Shown: positions 51,151-63,245 of the stretch, one piece after another | Position numbering within the stretch: position 1 is the first letter of the stretch | Layout of the letters: each line of letters opens with the position of its first letter | Assembly: GCF_006345805.1 (NCBI RefSeq) | Contig: NW_021835959.1 | Location: forward strand, 1 to 64,000 | DNA from: Octopus sinensis | Taxonomy: Eukaryota | Direction of reading: 5' to 3' | Length of the DNA: 64,000 nt | The notes under the pieces: generated by a model | Database searches by the model: none | Seen by the model: only the letters and a program-made list of their open reading frames with translations | What the model was told of the DNA's origin: nothing | Program-made: the position numbers and the translations under genes

Positions 51151-51392
51151 GTTAACTTTACAATTAACAAAAATGTTTTTTTCATTTTTTTTTTAAGCTA
51201 ATTAGTATATAGAAGTTAAATTTTTACAAAATTAAGTAGATTTTGAAGAATATCTAATTAAAATTTCTTAAATGCGGCCTTATTAGATTACAACTAACTT
51301 AATGCGGCCATCCAACGTGAAACGGTTCCCCACCTCAGGACTGAATCACTTAAGGTGGTGTCTCAGCATGACTAATGGCTGAAGCAAAATAA

Positions 51393-51491
<99 letters not shown>

Positions 51492-51719
51492 CGTGTGTGT
51501 ATCAATACCTGTATGCATGATTCTGTACACACATGTGTAGAGAAATAAGATACGCATGTGTGTATATATGTGGGTGTCTGTTTTTATCTTTCTGAACGTG
51601 TATATATGTACACGTGCATGTGTTTGTTCTGGTTTTTCAATATATATATATAAGAATTTTTGGCGTAGTAAGATAAAAAACCAAGGTTGTGTAGATATTA
51701 GAACATTTATTGATAGAAG

Positions 51720-51771
51720 GTCTTACAGGTGTTTCTAGGATATATATTAGTTATATCCCTTCATCGGAGAC
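51720..51771 (-). ncRNA. type-I HHR fold, CCGAUGA core
   Basis: Mirror of 51869-51920; stem III palindrome mutated to cacctg. Confidence 0.6.
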
Positions 51772-51868
51772 GGTGTGAGAGGATAGTTAAGTCATAGTTG
51801 GTTTAGATGTGATGCAAAATATAGAGTGCACATCTAAACTAACTATGACTTAATTTTCCTCTCACATC

Positions 51869-51920
51869 GTCTCCGATGAAGGGATATCATTAATAAATAT
51901 CCTAGAAACAGCTGTAAGAC
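51869..51920 (+). ncRNA. type-I HHR fold, CCGAUGA core (U4C)
   Basis: gtct-CCGATGA-a-gggatat[cattaataa]atatcct-a-GAAA-cagctg-TA-agac. Confidence 0.7.
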
Positions 51921-52129
51921 CTTCTATCTATAAATGCTCTAATATCTACACAGCCTTGGTTCTTTTTAACTTATTACGCAAAAAATTCTTATATACACAC
52001 GCTGACATAGAACCAACGTTGAACCCCTTATACGCAAAATTACCGAATCTGGAACTTAACTATGGTCTGTCTATAGCATTTATTCAGCATTACCTGACAC
52101 CTTTGGGTCTCAACGACACCATTATCACT

Positions 52130-52166
<37 letters not shown>

Positions 52167-52169
52167 GTG

Positions 52170-52215
<46 letters not shown>

Positions 52216-53381
52216 GTTGTTATGTTAAACTGTCGTATCACAAAATTTGGCCAAATGCGTTTTTAAAATATTTATTTTTGCTTGCAATAGCCGGTTCTTT
52301 TGGTCAAACTATCGTATCTGCAGCTGCTTCAGATGCCAAAGTATCAAAAATTGTCAAAGTGTAGTACAACGGTTTTGCTGAGGAATGGTTAAACTATTTT
52401 TTTCGTTTTCTGAAAAACCAACGTTTTGGACTTACGTCACTTTTATATAATAGCAACAATATATATAATCCCTATTTGGGGATTTTCACTCTTATATATC
52501 ATCGCTCTGCATATAACCAGGTCGATGTATTTAAATACTTTCCTCAGTAAACGTACACTCTATTTAAAAGGCTCCGAGGAAGTTGTACAGATGTTGTACG
52601 GACATATTCATAGCTTCCTCGGAGTTCTGAATGCGATACTCCTTATAGTAGAAACATCCGTAAGCTTATGAATGATTACATGATGACATAACTCCTGCTT
52701 TTTTATCATTGGTTAATTGATATAATGCTCTCTACTCGCCTGCTGCTCCACTCTAAAACATAATTATATTGAATTGTAACAACTGGTTATTAATATTGCT
52801 GTGCCCAAGCGAAATATATATTTATATTTATATATATATATATATATGACTACTACATTCGCAAAGACTAAACGGGCTTATACTGTCTTTCCATAAGCTC
52901 GTCTCCTTAAACGTTCAGAATAATTTTTCCATCGTCTTGACTTAACAGCCCTCATCGTTTGTTTTTACTGTTTTGTTCTCATTGTTCTGTCTTTTTCTGT
53001 TTTTACTTTTTCATTGTTTTTACTGTTTTGTTACCACTTTTACCCTCCACCAAATTTTATTTAATTTGCTTTGCGGGAAGAATTGTTTCAATGAAGTCGC
53101 GTCATGTCCTTGCCTACGTTACGTGGAGTAGTTGAAACAGGGACAACTGAAGAAGGGGAATATTCTTTAAGTTGTATGTCTCGTTTCTCTGTTTGTTTGT
53201 TTTGTTTTTTTTCGTTCTCCGAAAAAAAAGTTCGTTTCTGTCTTTGTTTTTATGTTTTCGTTTTTCATTGTGTTCAATGCTTTTTGATGTCCTGTACCCA
53301 TATATGCATGTATATGTACATATATATGTAGGTATGTACATATATGTATGTATGTATGCATATGTTTATATATTATTTATA

Positions 53382-53898
53382 TCTATATATATAAAACTGT
53401 AGTTGTGTGAGTGTCTGTCCCCTTCGATTTAGATTCCTAACTCCTCCCACATTTTGCGGTGCAGTTTAACCAAATTCGGGTATCTTATAGTCGTGATTAA
53501 TATCGAGCCCGTCTAGCTATTAGCGCGCGTCTACGATGAGTCTACGATTTTAAAAATAATTTAACATCATTTTTTATTCCATTTCAATGCATAATATTTC
53601 GTGTGTCGATGGCGGCGGAGTTGGCGTCCACGCTCAAACACCTGCACCTGTGTTTGCTTCTCCCCCTTCTTCCCTCCCTCGTGAAGCTGTGGGGAAGGGA
53701 GTGTAATGAAATCAACGTCGTAATGCGTTGTCAAGGAGACCAGCGTTCTTTTAGAACAACGACTTCATGGCTTGAAGACGCCAAAACAGAAATGGCTCAG
53801 AAAGCCCGAATTGGCATCTATAAGGGAAGTAACTCTCTAAAAATGCTTATATAGTTATTTCCCTTACAAACCCGAGCAACGCCGGGCGATACTGCTAG
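53382..53898 (+). mobile_element. non-autonomous Helitron
   Basis: Highly similar to 40163-40666; A|TC...CTAG|T. Confidence 0.92.
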
Positions 53899-53916
53899 TT
53901 TTATATATATATATAT

Positions 53917-54303
53917 ATTCTTTTATTTGTTTCAGTCATTTGACTGCGGCCATGCTGGAGCACCGCTTTTAGTCGAACAAATCAACCCCAGGACTTATTC
54001 TTTGTAAGCCTAGAACTTATTCTATAGATCTCTTTTGTCGAACCGCTAAGTTACGGGGACGTAAACACACCAACATCGGTTGTTGAGCGATGGTGGGGTG
54101 ACAAACACAGACACACAAACATATATATATATGACGGGCTTCTTTCAGTTTCCGTCTACTAAATCCATTCACAATGCTTTGGTCTATCAAATCCACTCAC
54201 AAAACTTCTATAGTAGAAGACACTTGCCGAAGATGCCACGCAGTGGGACTGAACCCGGAACCATGTGGTTGGGAAGCAAGTTTCTTACCACACAGCCACG
54301 CCT
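53917..54303 (-). mobile_element. SINE family A
   Basis: Reverse-complement consensus match. Confidence 0.88.
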
Positions 54304-54309
54304 GTATTC

Positions 54310-54900
54310 TTTCACCCACACTTATTGGTAATCTCTCAATCACTCTCTTCTTTTCAGCATCATTGCACTGTGCATCCGCTGAGTCTAAGAATGGCAGCAG
54401 ATCTCTTCTCTTCGCTACACATTGCTCCAAGTGTAAACTAAGGATGCTACAGCACCGATTCTGACTCTCTAACCAACACCTCTTCTCTCCATTCATCGGC
54501 ACAGTATCCACCTGCTTTCCATTCGCCCTGTCTCCATCCCCATCAGTCTCAACCAATCTCGAAGTGGTTACGTAGGACCAATTGTGTCCAGTACACTCTA
54601 CTTTGATCCACCCTTTCTGTATTACCAGTCATCACTCCGTTTCACTGTCCACCGATATACTTTCGCTATTTTCCTCCCTACACATCCAGAGTCGTTGTCA
54701 TCAGTCTCATGGGTCACAAAGCCTTTTTGTTCTAGACCTGATGTCTCGATCGTCTCACCTCAAATATGTGTGTCTCAGAATACTGAGTACACTAATTACT
54801 CACAGACACCCCCCCCCCTCACACATCCCTTCCATCACTATCTCTCAAGCTTCTCACTCTGTAAAAAGCTACCGTGCAGACTGAAACGGCTCCTTCGGGT
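54310..54900 (-). mobile_element. possible decayed RTE-like LINE 3' fragment
   Basis: Broken frames DRDIRSRTKRL and WREEV resemble the RTE ORF C-terminal region. Confidence 0.35.
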
Positions 54901-55035
54901 CCCTTTATCGAGGATTGTCTCATAAGTGTTAGCAGCAAAAAAAATGTACCTATTACACTCGGTAAAGTGTGAGATTGTGAGTACACTTTAAAACACACAC
55001 ACATACATACATTAATATTTGTTTTTATATTGTTA

Positions 55036-57048
55036 CTAGCCTAAGTACCCGGTGTTGCTCGGAAATTTAAAGAAGGCTAAAGGAATTACGTTCGTGTTAG
55101 ATTGGCAGTATACAACCATTCTATCGCCCCACCACCGTACATGTCTCTACGAGAGATTTAGAAACTTAGTATTTCGGAATTATATTCATTCTGATAAAAA
55201 AGATATTTGCTAAAAAATTCTATCAGATGACATGTGTATAAACAAAGTTATTAAAACAAATCCTGAAAACAATCACAGTTTAATTTTGTAGAACTTCTAA
55301 ATATACAATGTTTTCAGTGTGTCCTTTAATTGGTGTACAAAGAAAAATAGTTTGGGGACTTCCAACTCGCGAACATCTTACATATAATTGTCAATGAGAG
55401 AAGCAAGGAGAAGCAAGGTTAAGTCCAACAACGTTGAGAGATTGTGCTTGAGATTTATTCATGGACATGGGAACTGGAGCCGTTTAGATTCATAGAAGTC
55501 AGATGGGATTAATGTGATCTGTGGAATGAAGACATCGTAACTTTTGTTTCCCAAGAAAAATAATTTTGGCGATAAGGACTAAACCTCATTTCATTATCGC
55601 AATTAAAAAGCGTTTTTCTTTATTAAAAAAAAAAAAAAGAGGTGCGGTGGTAGACGTTTGACGAAAAATTATTCAATATCGTATTTCCTTCTACCAGAAT
55701 CGTTTACCTTTAAAGCGAAAAAACAAAACCGACCTATACGACAGGTATGTAAAACATATTTCTGTTTTTGAAAAAAAGTTTAAAATTTAGTGAACTCCCC
55801 GGACCCGAATCTTCCCCGAGTAATGAAAAACCTCCATTGATCCAGCGGTTTGGACGTGCAGAGCAATAGGCCGTATGACTAGGGGAAATTGTAGATTCGA
55901 TTTCTGAGGTAGGACCAATATCCAAGTAGAAATAGTCACATCGGATTCAAATATGAAATATCGAAACTCTAGCTAATGTTATTAGGTCCATTCCACGAAT
56001 TATTTGAATAACTCGTGTCGATATCTCTACCTTATGTCACGGGAATATTGAACTTTAAATTTTATAAAGTTTATCGTATAAATCGAAAGATATCCTATAG
56101 TGTATAAGCGCGTGTCCGTATGAACACCTTTCGTTATTTAGAAACCTTACTGCTTCTTTTTCTTTAAACCTCATGTTTCATTATCACAATTAAAAAGGTG
56201 TTTCAGAATCGTTTACCTTCAAAGCGAAAAAACAAAATCGACGAATTTCCTGACAGCCAAATTTGGTACAGGTTGATCCAACGGTTTGGTCGTGCATAGA
56301 GGAAACACACACACACACACAGTAAGAATAAAAGTGTAACAATAAAAGTGAAACCATACACTTGCGTCAGAAATTAATTAGCACTTCTCAAATTTCTACA
56401 TTAAATAGGTTAAATCAATTAACCTATGAGCTGTTCAAAACGTCTTACGCGATGAGAAAACTTAGTATGGTGTGATTTCGGTCCTTGCAGGCGCTACCTA
56501 TATCTATTAAACAAAGGAAGATTTGTCTGCATCCGCACTCCAAGTTGTTGCACTGCTATGTCAACATCATAAGGCTGTAGACTCTCAAACTGCTCGGCAA
56601 ACAAGTTACGTCATCGTTCTGCGCAACAGTGAACTCGCAACAAAGCAATAGTTCGATATATGGCCACTAGGTGACAGCACATACCTTGAGTGAAGAGCAA
56701 ATCATGGGTGCTAATTAATTTCTGACGGTAGTGTAGGGTTATGAAAAGTGAAACTATTATACCGCTGAAAAAAATGAGAAGGATCGTATGAACAAGGACC
56801 AAAATTTGACCCCACCCCCACAACCTTCTTCGAGTAATGAAAAACCTTCATGCCAAATTTGGTATTATAACATTGAAAAAGAAAAATTTGAAAGGTCATA
56901 GGGGGGGCGGCTACAGCCCTCTATATGGGCAAGGGCCAAAATTTGACAGCCCTAGAACCTTCCCTGAGTAATGCCAAATTTGGTACAGGTTGATCCAGCG
57001 GTTGGGCCGTGCACAGAGGAAACACATACACAGGGTTTTATATATAGA
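55036..57048 (-). mobile_element. about 2-kb Helitron-like non-autonomous element
   Basis: 3' hairpin plus CTAG at 55036-55062; 5' tctatatataaaa at 57048; subterminal gatcca(g/a)cggtt motif repeated at about 55840, 56275 and 56992. Confidence 0.65.
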
Positions 57049-57313
57049 GTCAAAACTATTGAAAAGGTTGCCAGACGCAAAGAAAATTTTAGGAAAATAA
57101 AAATGAGAAATAAGTGGAAATTTTACCGGTGAGTGTGTTAAATTATAAGGCACAAAAAGAAAATTATTCTCCCCAGACACAACAGAATAATGAAAGCAAT
57201 TTTACATTAATCTGATGGATTACTCTATACTTTTGTACAATACAAATTTATCGTTCTTAAACAAGAATGTCGTTGACAGTAATTTCAAAGTTTCAGCTAG
57301 CTAAGCCGTTGTT

Positions 57314-57362
57314 GGACTGTCCGACGATGGGTGAGTTGGCCGAAACTTCGAAGTCACTGTTT
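57314..57362 (+). ncRNA. type-I HHR fold, CCGACGA core
   Basis: ggactgt-CCGACGA-t-gg...cc-GAAA-cttcgaag-TC-actgttt; weak stem II. Confidence 0.5.
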
Positions 57363-57829
57363 AAGAATGTGTGAGTGTGTATGTTAAAAAAATATAAATG
57401 ATGCTTCCTAGCTACATGGTTTCGGGTTCAGTCCCACTGCGTGGCACTTTGGGTGGGTGTCTTCCGCTATAGCCCCGAGCCGACCGAAGCTTTGTGATTG
57501 AATTCGGCAGGTGGAAGTTACTGCCGTGTGTGTATATGTGCGTGTAGGTGCTTGTGCCTCTCCGAAAGAGAGAGAGGGATGAAGTGTTGTATAATATCAA
57601 CTTCTGTTGAATTAAAATAAATTGATTAGTCTAGGGGACATGTGAATTCCTCCTAGGGGACATGTGAATTCCTCCTCCTACTCCTTTTGTGCAAAATACA
57701 GTGAAGGGTGTTTGTAAGATGACATTCCATGAAGTGGGGTACAGAGTACCATAAAGTTGAGTATGAGTACCACTCATGTTGAGTAACACTTGAAAATGAG
57801 AAAGTGTGTTTGTGTACATTATGTTATAT

Positions 57830-58048
57830 ATTTCTTTATTACCCACAAGGGGCTAAATACAGGAGACAAACAAGGACAGACAAACGGATTAAGTCGATTA
57901 CATCGACCCCAGTGCGTAACTGGTACTTAATTTATCGACCCCGGAAGGATGAAAGGCAAAGTCGACCTCGGCGGAATTTGAACTCGGAACGTAACGGCAG
58001 ACGAAGTACGGCAACGCATTTCGCCCGGCGTGCTAACGTTTCTGCCAG
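57830..58048 (-). mobile_element. SINE family B monomer, CpG-intact
   Basis: Consensus match. Confidence 0.9.
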
Positions 58049-58124
58049 ACAAGAAACTTAACATTCAACAGATACAAAACAAACGTAGTTATTTTTTCAT
58101 TAAAAAGACTTTTTTTTCAATTTC

Positions 58125-58130
58125 TTTATT
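58125..58130 (-). terminator. candidate AATAAA polyadenylation signal of the minus-strand gene
   Basis: tttatt on +, at the edge of the CpG-decayed domain; further candidates at about 58222 and 58314. Confidence 0.25.
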
Positions 58131-58584
58131 TCCCATACAAGCATTTAAATAAACCTCACACCTATCAGACTTCATGTTTCTCCATATATAATTACATACA
58201 TTGTTTCATTTTACAATACTTTTACAAGACAATGTTTTTCATTTATTCATTTTTTTTTTATTTTTTCTTTCTTTTTTTTTTTTTGTCAGTTGGTAATAGT
58301 GGGTGCTTATCATTTATTTTCATTCTTTGCCAAGAAATGTAAAAAAAATAACTGCTTCTACCCTGAGATCTAACTAGAATTTTAAAACAGTTTTAGAGAA
58401 GAGCTAATTGGTATTACTGTCAAAAATCAAACACACGTTAATGTAAAGGCCATTCTTCTACACCATGGGAAATAGGTAATCAGTCCAATGAGTTTGAAGA
58501 CTTGAAGCGGTAAAATCCAGGAGTTGATAATGATAATGATGATGTTGATGATTCCTCAGGAACACTACAGTACTAATATTGGTT

Positions 58585-59800
58585 TTAAATTTTGGCACAA
58601 GGTCAGCAAGTTTCGAGGAGGGAGTAAGTAGATTACATTGACCCCAGTGCACAACTGGTACCTATTTTATCAACACCAAAAGGATAAAATACAAAGTCAA
58701 CCTCAGTGGAATTTGAACTCAGAACGTGCAGATAGAGAAAATGCCACTAAGCATTTGGCCCAGATTGCTAATGATTCTGCCAGCTTGCCACCTTACTACA
58801 AGCACTAATATTGATTTGTACTATGAGCTTCAGATTTCAGGAGTAGGGTCTAGTCAAGTGAGATCGGCTTCAGTACCTGTCTGATATATGGAAATATTTT
58901 ATCAACCCCTGAATATGAATGCAAGAGCTAACCTTGGTAGGATTTGAAACTACAACATTAAGAAGCACAACAAAATACAGTATGGTCTTTTGTACAACTT
59001 TCTATCAACTCTGTTAAACTGCTGCCTAAATATTTATTTTTTTCATTGTCCTCAAGAGACAACCAAGGACAGACAAAGGAATTAAGTGCATAACTGGTAC
59101 TTATTTAATCGGTCCTGAAAGGTTGAAAGGCAAAGTCGACCTCGGCGGAATTTGAACTCAGAACGTAGCAGCAGACAAAATACCACTGAGCATTTCGCCC
59201 AGCATGCTAACGATTCAGCCAGAGTACCAGGACTTAAAATTTTAGGAGTAAGGTACAGTTAATGAAGATCAACCCCAGATCTCGACTGGTCCTTATTTCA
59301 TTGACCTAGGAACAATGAAAGTAAAGATGACTCTGGGAAGTATTAAAATTACCACCAAAGGGACATTTTGTACAGTGATGTACCAATTCTGTTAAAACCT
59401 CAACTTTAGGAAATAGGTATCATTGATGACATCAACCCCCAATTCTTGACTGATATTTCTTTTGAAGAATGAAAAACAAAGTTTAAAACTGTGAAACTAA
59501 ATATCACAAGGCTTTCAGCCTGTCATTTTAATAATTCTGCCAATCCACTGCCTCAATATTGTTCAAATTTTGGTACAAGGCCAGTAATTTTAGAGGAGTT
59601 GGGAAGGAGGGGCTAATCAATTACACTGACAGTCTCACTCCACCGTACTTGACTGGTCCTTTATTATATCAATCCTAATCCTGAAAGGATTCAGGCAAAG
59701 TTGATCTTGGTAGGATTTGAACTAGGGATGTAAAGAACCAGCAGAAATACCATTAAGCATTTTGCATGATGTTCTAACAATTCTGCAAGCACACTGCCTC
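58585..59800 (-). mobile_element. cluster of CpG-decayed family B SINEs
   Basis: Five or six same-orientation diverged copies (about 58585, 58830, 59060, 59235, 59410, 59570). Confidence 0.75.
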
Positions 59801-60832
59801 AATATTAGTAACAGTATAGGGATTTAATAGGACTTTGCTTCTTAGGAGGGCTTCTTTTTTTTTTCAACTTTCCAACTGAAATGAAACCACAATTGGATGG
59901 CATAGTAATACTATCAAACGGCTGGCAGATGCTTTACTCCTGACTGGCTCTGGGTAAGAACAATAAATCAGTGCAGATTTTGTTTTCCAAAGATAGCACA
60001 GACTTCCAACAATGACCTACGCTGTTCAAGAATTTGGACCTGGAGATCTCCATTTCCAGCGACTTCAAGGGCCACCTCCTAGTGGTGTCGGGCGTCAACA
60101 AAGAGCCCTTGACTACAACAAGACAACCAAAGTTTTTTTTCCCAAGGTCTGGGGTCTTCCACCCCTAAGCCCTAGACCATCACCTAATCACCCTTACCCG
60201 TCTTGTTGCTTAACAACAACAACAATAATAATGACCTGCTGCAAACATGCTGTATCAAAGACTCAGTTCAGCTGGACACCCCAATATGTTTGAGGCCCTC
60301 ATATATTACAAAAAGCTGAAATGCTGGACACCCTAATATGTTTGAGCCCCTCATATATAAGAAGAAGCTGAAATGCTGACCACTTATTTTATTAATGCTG
60401 AGAGGATGACAAGTTAAACTAGCCCAGTTAAAATAGATCTGTAGGCCTGCAGACTTGATACTTGTAACCAGCAAGAATCATTCTTAGTGCTTTTATATTT
60501 GTGTCAATTTGCAATACAACAGAAAAATGTAAACTATTTCATAGACAACATAACTGTGAATTCTAACTCATCTCAATAACAAAGTTGAACCGATTCAGGA
60601 TTGTAAAGAAGATAGAGTAAGCAGATACAATTACATCAATCTGATCTTTGTGTACAGAATTGAAGAGAACAGTTCAGTACTATGCAATAACAACGAAGGA
60701 GAGAAAATTGTGAAAATTCTTTTAAATAAAAACTCCTGTTTTGGGGTGTTTTTCCTCAAGTCTTTAGAGAATTTAGAATTGAAATTTTACCAAAAGCTAG
60801 AGATTAAATTATTCATGGAATCATCATCTATT

Positions 60833-61850
60833 TTAATGAAATGTAAAATCATCTAGTGATGGAGAGTCAATTTCAGATTGGCTCTGAGAGAGATACAGAC
60901 TGTCGGAATCCAAACTCATTGGATCGTTTTTCAATGACAAACTATCTTCCAGAAGAACAAGAGAAGAGACAGGCTCTGAAGTAAGTCTTTCAGCATCATC
61001 AAAGTCAAATGTTAGATTGACATCAGAAGAACAACTTTCGTCTTGGGTAGATGTTAAAAATAAAGTCATTGAACTTTTGGAATCAATAAAGGGTGAAAAA
61101 ACTAATGAATTGGAATCTTCAGTGTAATCACCACGACCAACACAGACACCATTCATAACATCACAGCTGTCATCGATATTGTCATTGTAATCTTCACCAA
61201 TGACAATATCAGCCCCATCATCTTCGCTATCATCATCACTACCACAAGTAGTGACATTGGTACCCACAGCATTTACAGTGACCTTGTGATCTTCAGGAAG
61301 CAGTGACAAGTATAAATCTGCATTGTCTGGTAGTTTGGTAATTTCTCGGGGCCTTCTTGGTAAAAGAGTACTTGTATTTTTGGTATGGCAATCCTTAAGT
61401 CCATATTTATTATTTTCCGAGTTTATTTGTTGAAGAACTCTGCGGTTCTGACTGTGATCAGCAACTTTATTGATGGTATGGTCAACAGAATGGTCAGTGG
61501 CGTTACAATCTTGCACTTGATTCAAACTTCTTTCTTGTCCTTCTGATAAAACATTGATTCTTTCACGAAGCGGTGTAACATTTTGATGCAAATCAAGCCT
61601 TTCATAAGAACTGCGACGTGGTGATGCCAAAAGTGATTGTTTCGTTGACTTGTACTGATCGTTTCTGGTAAAATTAGACTCTTTCTTTGGTACTAGAATG
61701 TGATCATAGAATGAAATACCTTTACAATCCACAGAAAGATCGGGTTTGAAGTGTTGGCTGTTATTTATTCCATAACTGCAACAGGATCAGGTTTCAATTC
61801 CATCTCTATCTCAGACCCTCCTCTCACATGCGATGGCTTCACTATACCTC
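60833..61850 (-). CDS. large Ser/Asp-rich, probably terminal, coding exon of an unidentified host gene
   Basis: More than 310 open codons (60833-61786) in unique, non-microsatellite sequence; ttgcag acceptors before 61850 and 61775; no recognisable domain. Confidence 0.65.
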
Positions 61851-62087
61851 CTGCAATGTAGACAACAAGGTTCTGTTAATAACTTGATAATCAAAGAAGG
61901 ACCTGAAATATACGACTGTATTAAAAACAACAACTATAACAACAACTGTGCCAACATGCAAATGGCTATAGAGATGTACAGGCAAAAAGAGCAATTTTGT
62001 GGAGGCTGTAGCAGATGAAGCAGTACTACTGAAGACTATGAATGGAGTGGTGGCTGTACAAGTAATCAGTTATTTACTGACATTCCA

Positions 62088-62637
62088 TCAGTTACGAAGG
62101 GCAAGAGTTCCAGCTGATCCGATCAATGAAACAGCCTGTGAAAGTGGCTGAGCACTCCACAGATTCATGTACCCTTAATGTAATTCTCAAGGAGATTCAG
62201 CGTGACACCGAATGTGACAAGACTGGCTCTCTGAAATATGAAGGCAGCGAGATGGCAGAAACGTTAGCACACCGGGCGAAATGCTTAGCAGTATTTCTTC
62301 TGTCATTATGTTCTGAGTTCAAATTCCGCTGAGGTCAACTTTGCCTTTCATCCTTTCAGGGTCGATTAAATATGTACCAGTTACGCACTGGGGTCGATAT
62401 AATCGACTTAGTCCATTTGTCTGTCCTTATTTGTCCCCTCTGTGTGTAGCCCCATGTGGGCAGTAAAGAAATAAGACTGGCTCTTTGAAATATAGGTACA
62501 ACTCACTTTTGCCAGCTGAGTGGACTGGAGCAATGTGAAATAAAGTGTCTTGCTCAAGGACACAACACACTGCCAGGAATTGAACCCATGACTTTATGAT
62601 CATGAGATGAATGCCTAACCACTGAGCCATGTGCCTT
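62088..62637 (-). mobile_element. SINE family D head with tail a, interrupted by a family B copy
   Basis: D head at 62500-62637; the tail seen on C/a copies lies at 62088-62239. Confidence 0.85.
62240..62472 (+). mobile_element. SINE family B with 21-bp TSD
   Basis: aagactggctct(c/t)tgaaatat at 62219 and 62473. Confidence 0.92.
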
Positions 62638-62936
62638 CAGTCAATCATGTTATTTAGAAGGTAGGTGGTCCTAATTATTATAGTGATGTAGTAGCTATAA
62701 TGATAAGGTGGAGCCACATAGGAGTGGTTATAGTAATGTAAAAGTCTGATTCTTACAAGACTTTATTCAGAAATAACAATGAAAAAAAAATTACAATACT
62801 TCAAATAAAGCACAAGGTTTTTCTCACAGCCCACGCACATAGTGGTAACTAGTACATGTTGTTTCTAGTAACAATATAGTAACAATATAGTAACAATATA
62901 CATGACAACTAGTACTGCTCCTAATAATTGAGGATT

Positions 62937-63245
62937 ATCATCATCATTGTTTAACGTCCGCTTTCCATGCTAGCATCGGTTGGATGATTTGACTGAGGTC
63001 TGGCGAACTAAATGGCTGCACCAGGCTCCATTCTGATCTATCAGAGTTTCTACAGCTGGATGCCCTTCCTAACACCAACCACTCTGAGAGTGTAGTGGGA
63101 GCGTTTATGTGCTACTGGCATGAGGGCCAGTCAGGCGGTACTGGCAACGGCCACACTCAAATGGTGTTGTTTGTATGCCAACTGCACAGGAGCCAGTCCA
63201 GCGGCACTGGCAACAACCTCACTCGAATGTTTTGGCCACAGAGAG
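62937..63245 (-). mobile_element. SINE family E (RTE-like tail ending in (GAT)n)
   Basis: gttaggaagggcatccagc and catggaaagcggacgttaaa; related copies at about 63390-63727 (+) and 63944-64000 (-). Confidence 0.8.

Larger units (their letters stand above)
47626..51338 (+). mobile_element. hAT (Charlie/SPIN-like) transposon, decayed
   Basis: TIRs caagggtggggaacc / ggttccccacctcag; degenerate 8-bp TSD gattaaac / gactgaat. Confidence 0.85.
46775..51392 (+). mobile_element. SINE family A split by a C-type SINE and a hAT transposon
   Basis: Head 46775-46915, body 47495-47625, tail resumes at 51339-51392. Confidence 0.75.
51647..51995. mobile_element. imperfect palindrome with two outward-facing HHR folds
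   Basis: Arms of about 165 bp around a 17-nt spacer (51812-51828). Confidence 0.85.

Noticed and set aside
53137-53240. ctgaaga...ggggaa/ttctcc-gaaa as an additional hammerhead
   Set aside because: Stem III and the cleavage site are replaced by an A run; too degraded to call.
57631-57674. 22-bp tandem duplication (also about 52 bp x2 at 60271-60375 and about 76 bp x2 near 41200-41330)
   Set aside because: Real but ordinary slippage duplications with no further structure.
61787-61850. Two in-frame TGA codons upstream of the long ORF read as selenocysteine
   Set aside because: No SECIS or selenoprotein family recognised; a 1-nt indel or the downstream acceptor is a simpler explanation.
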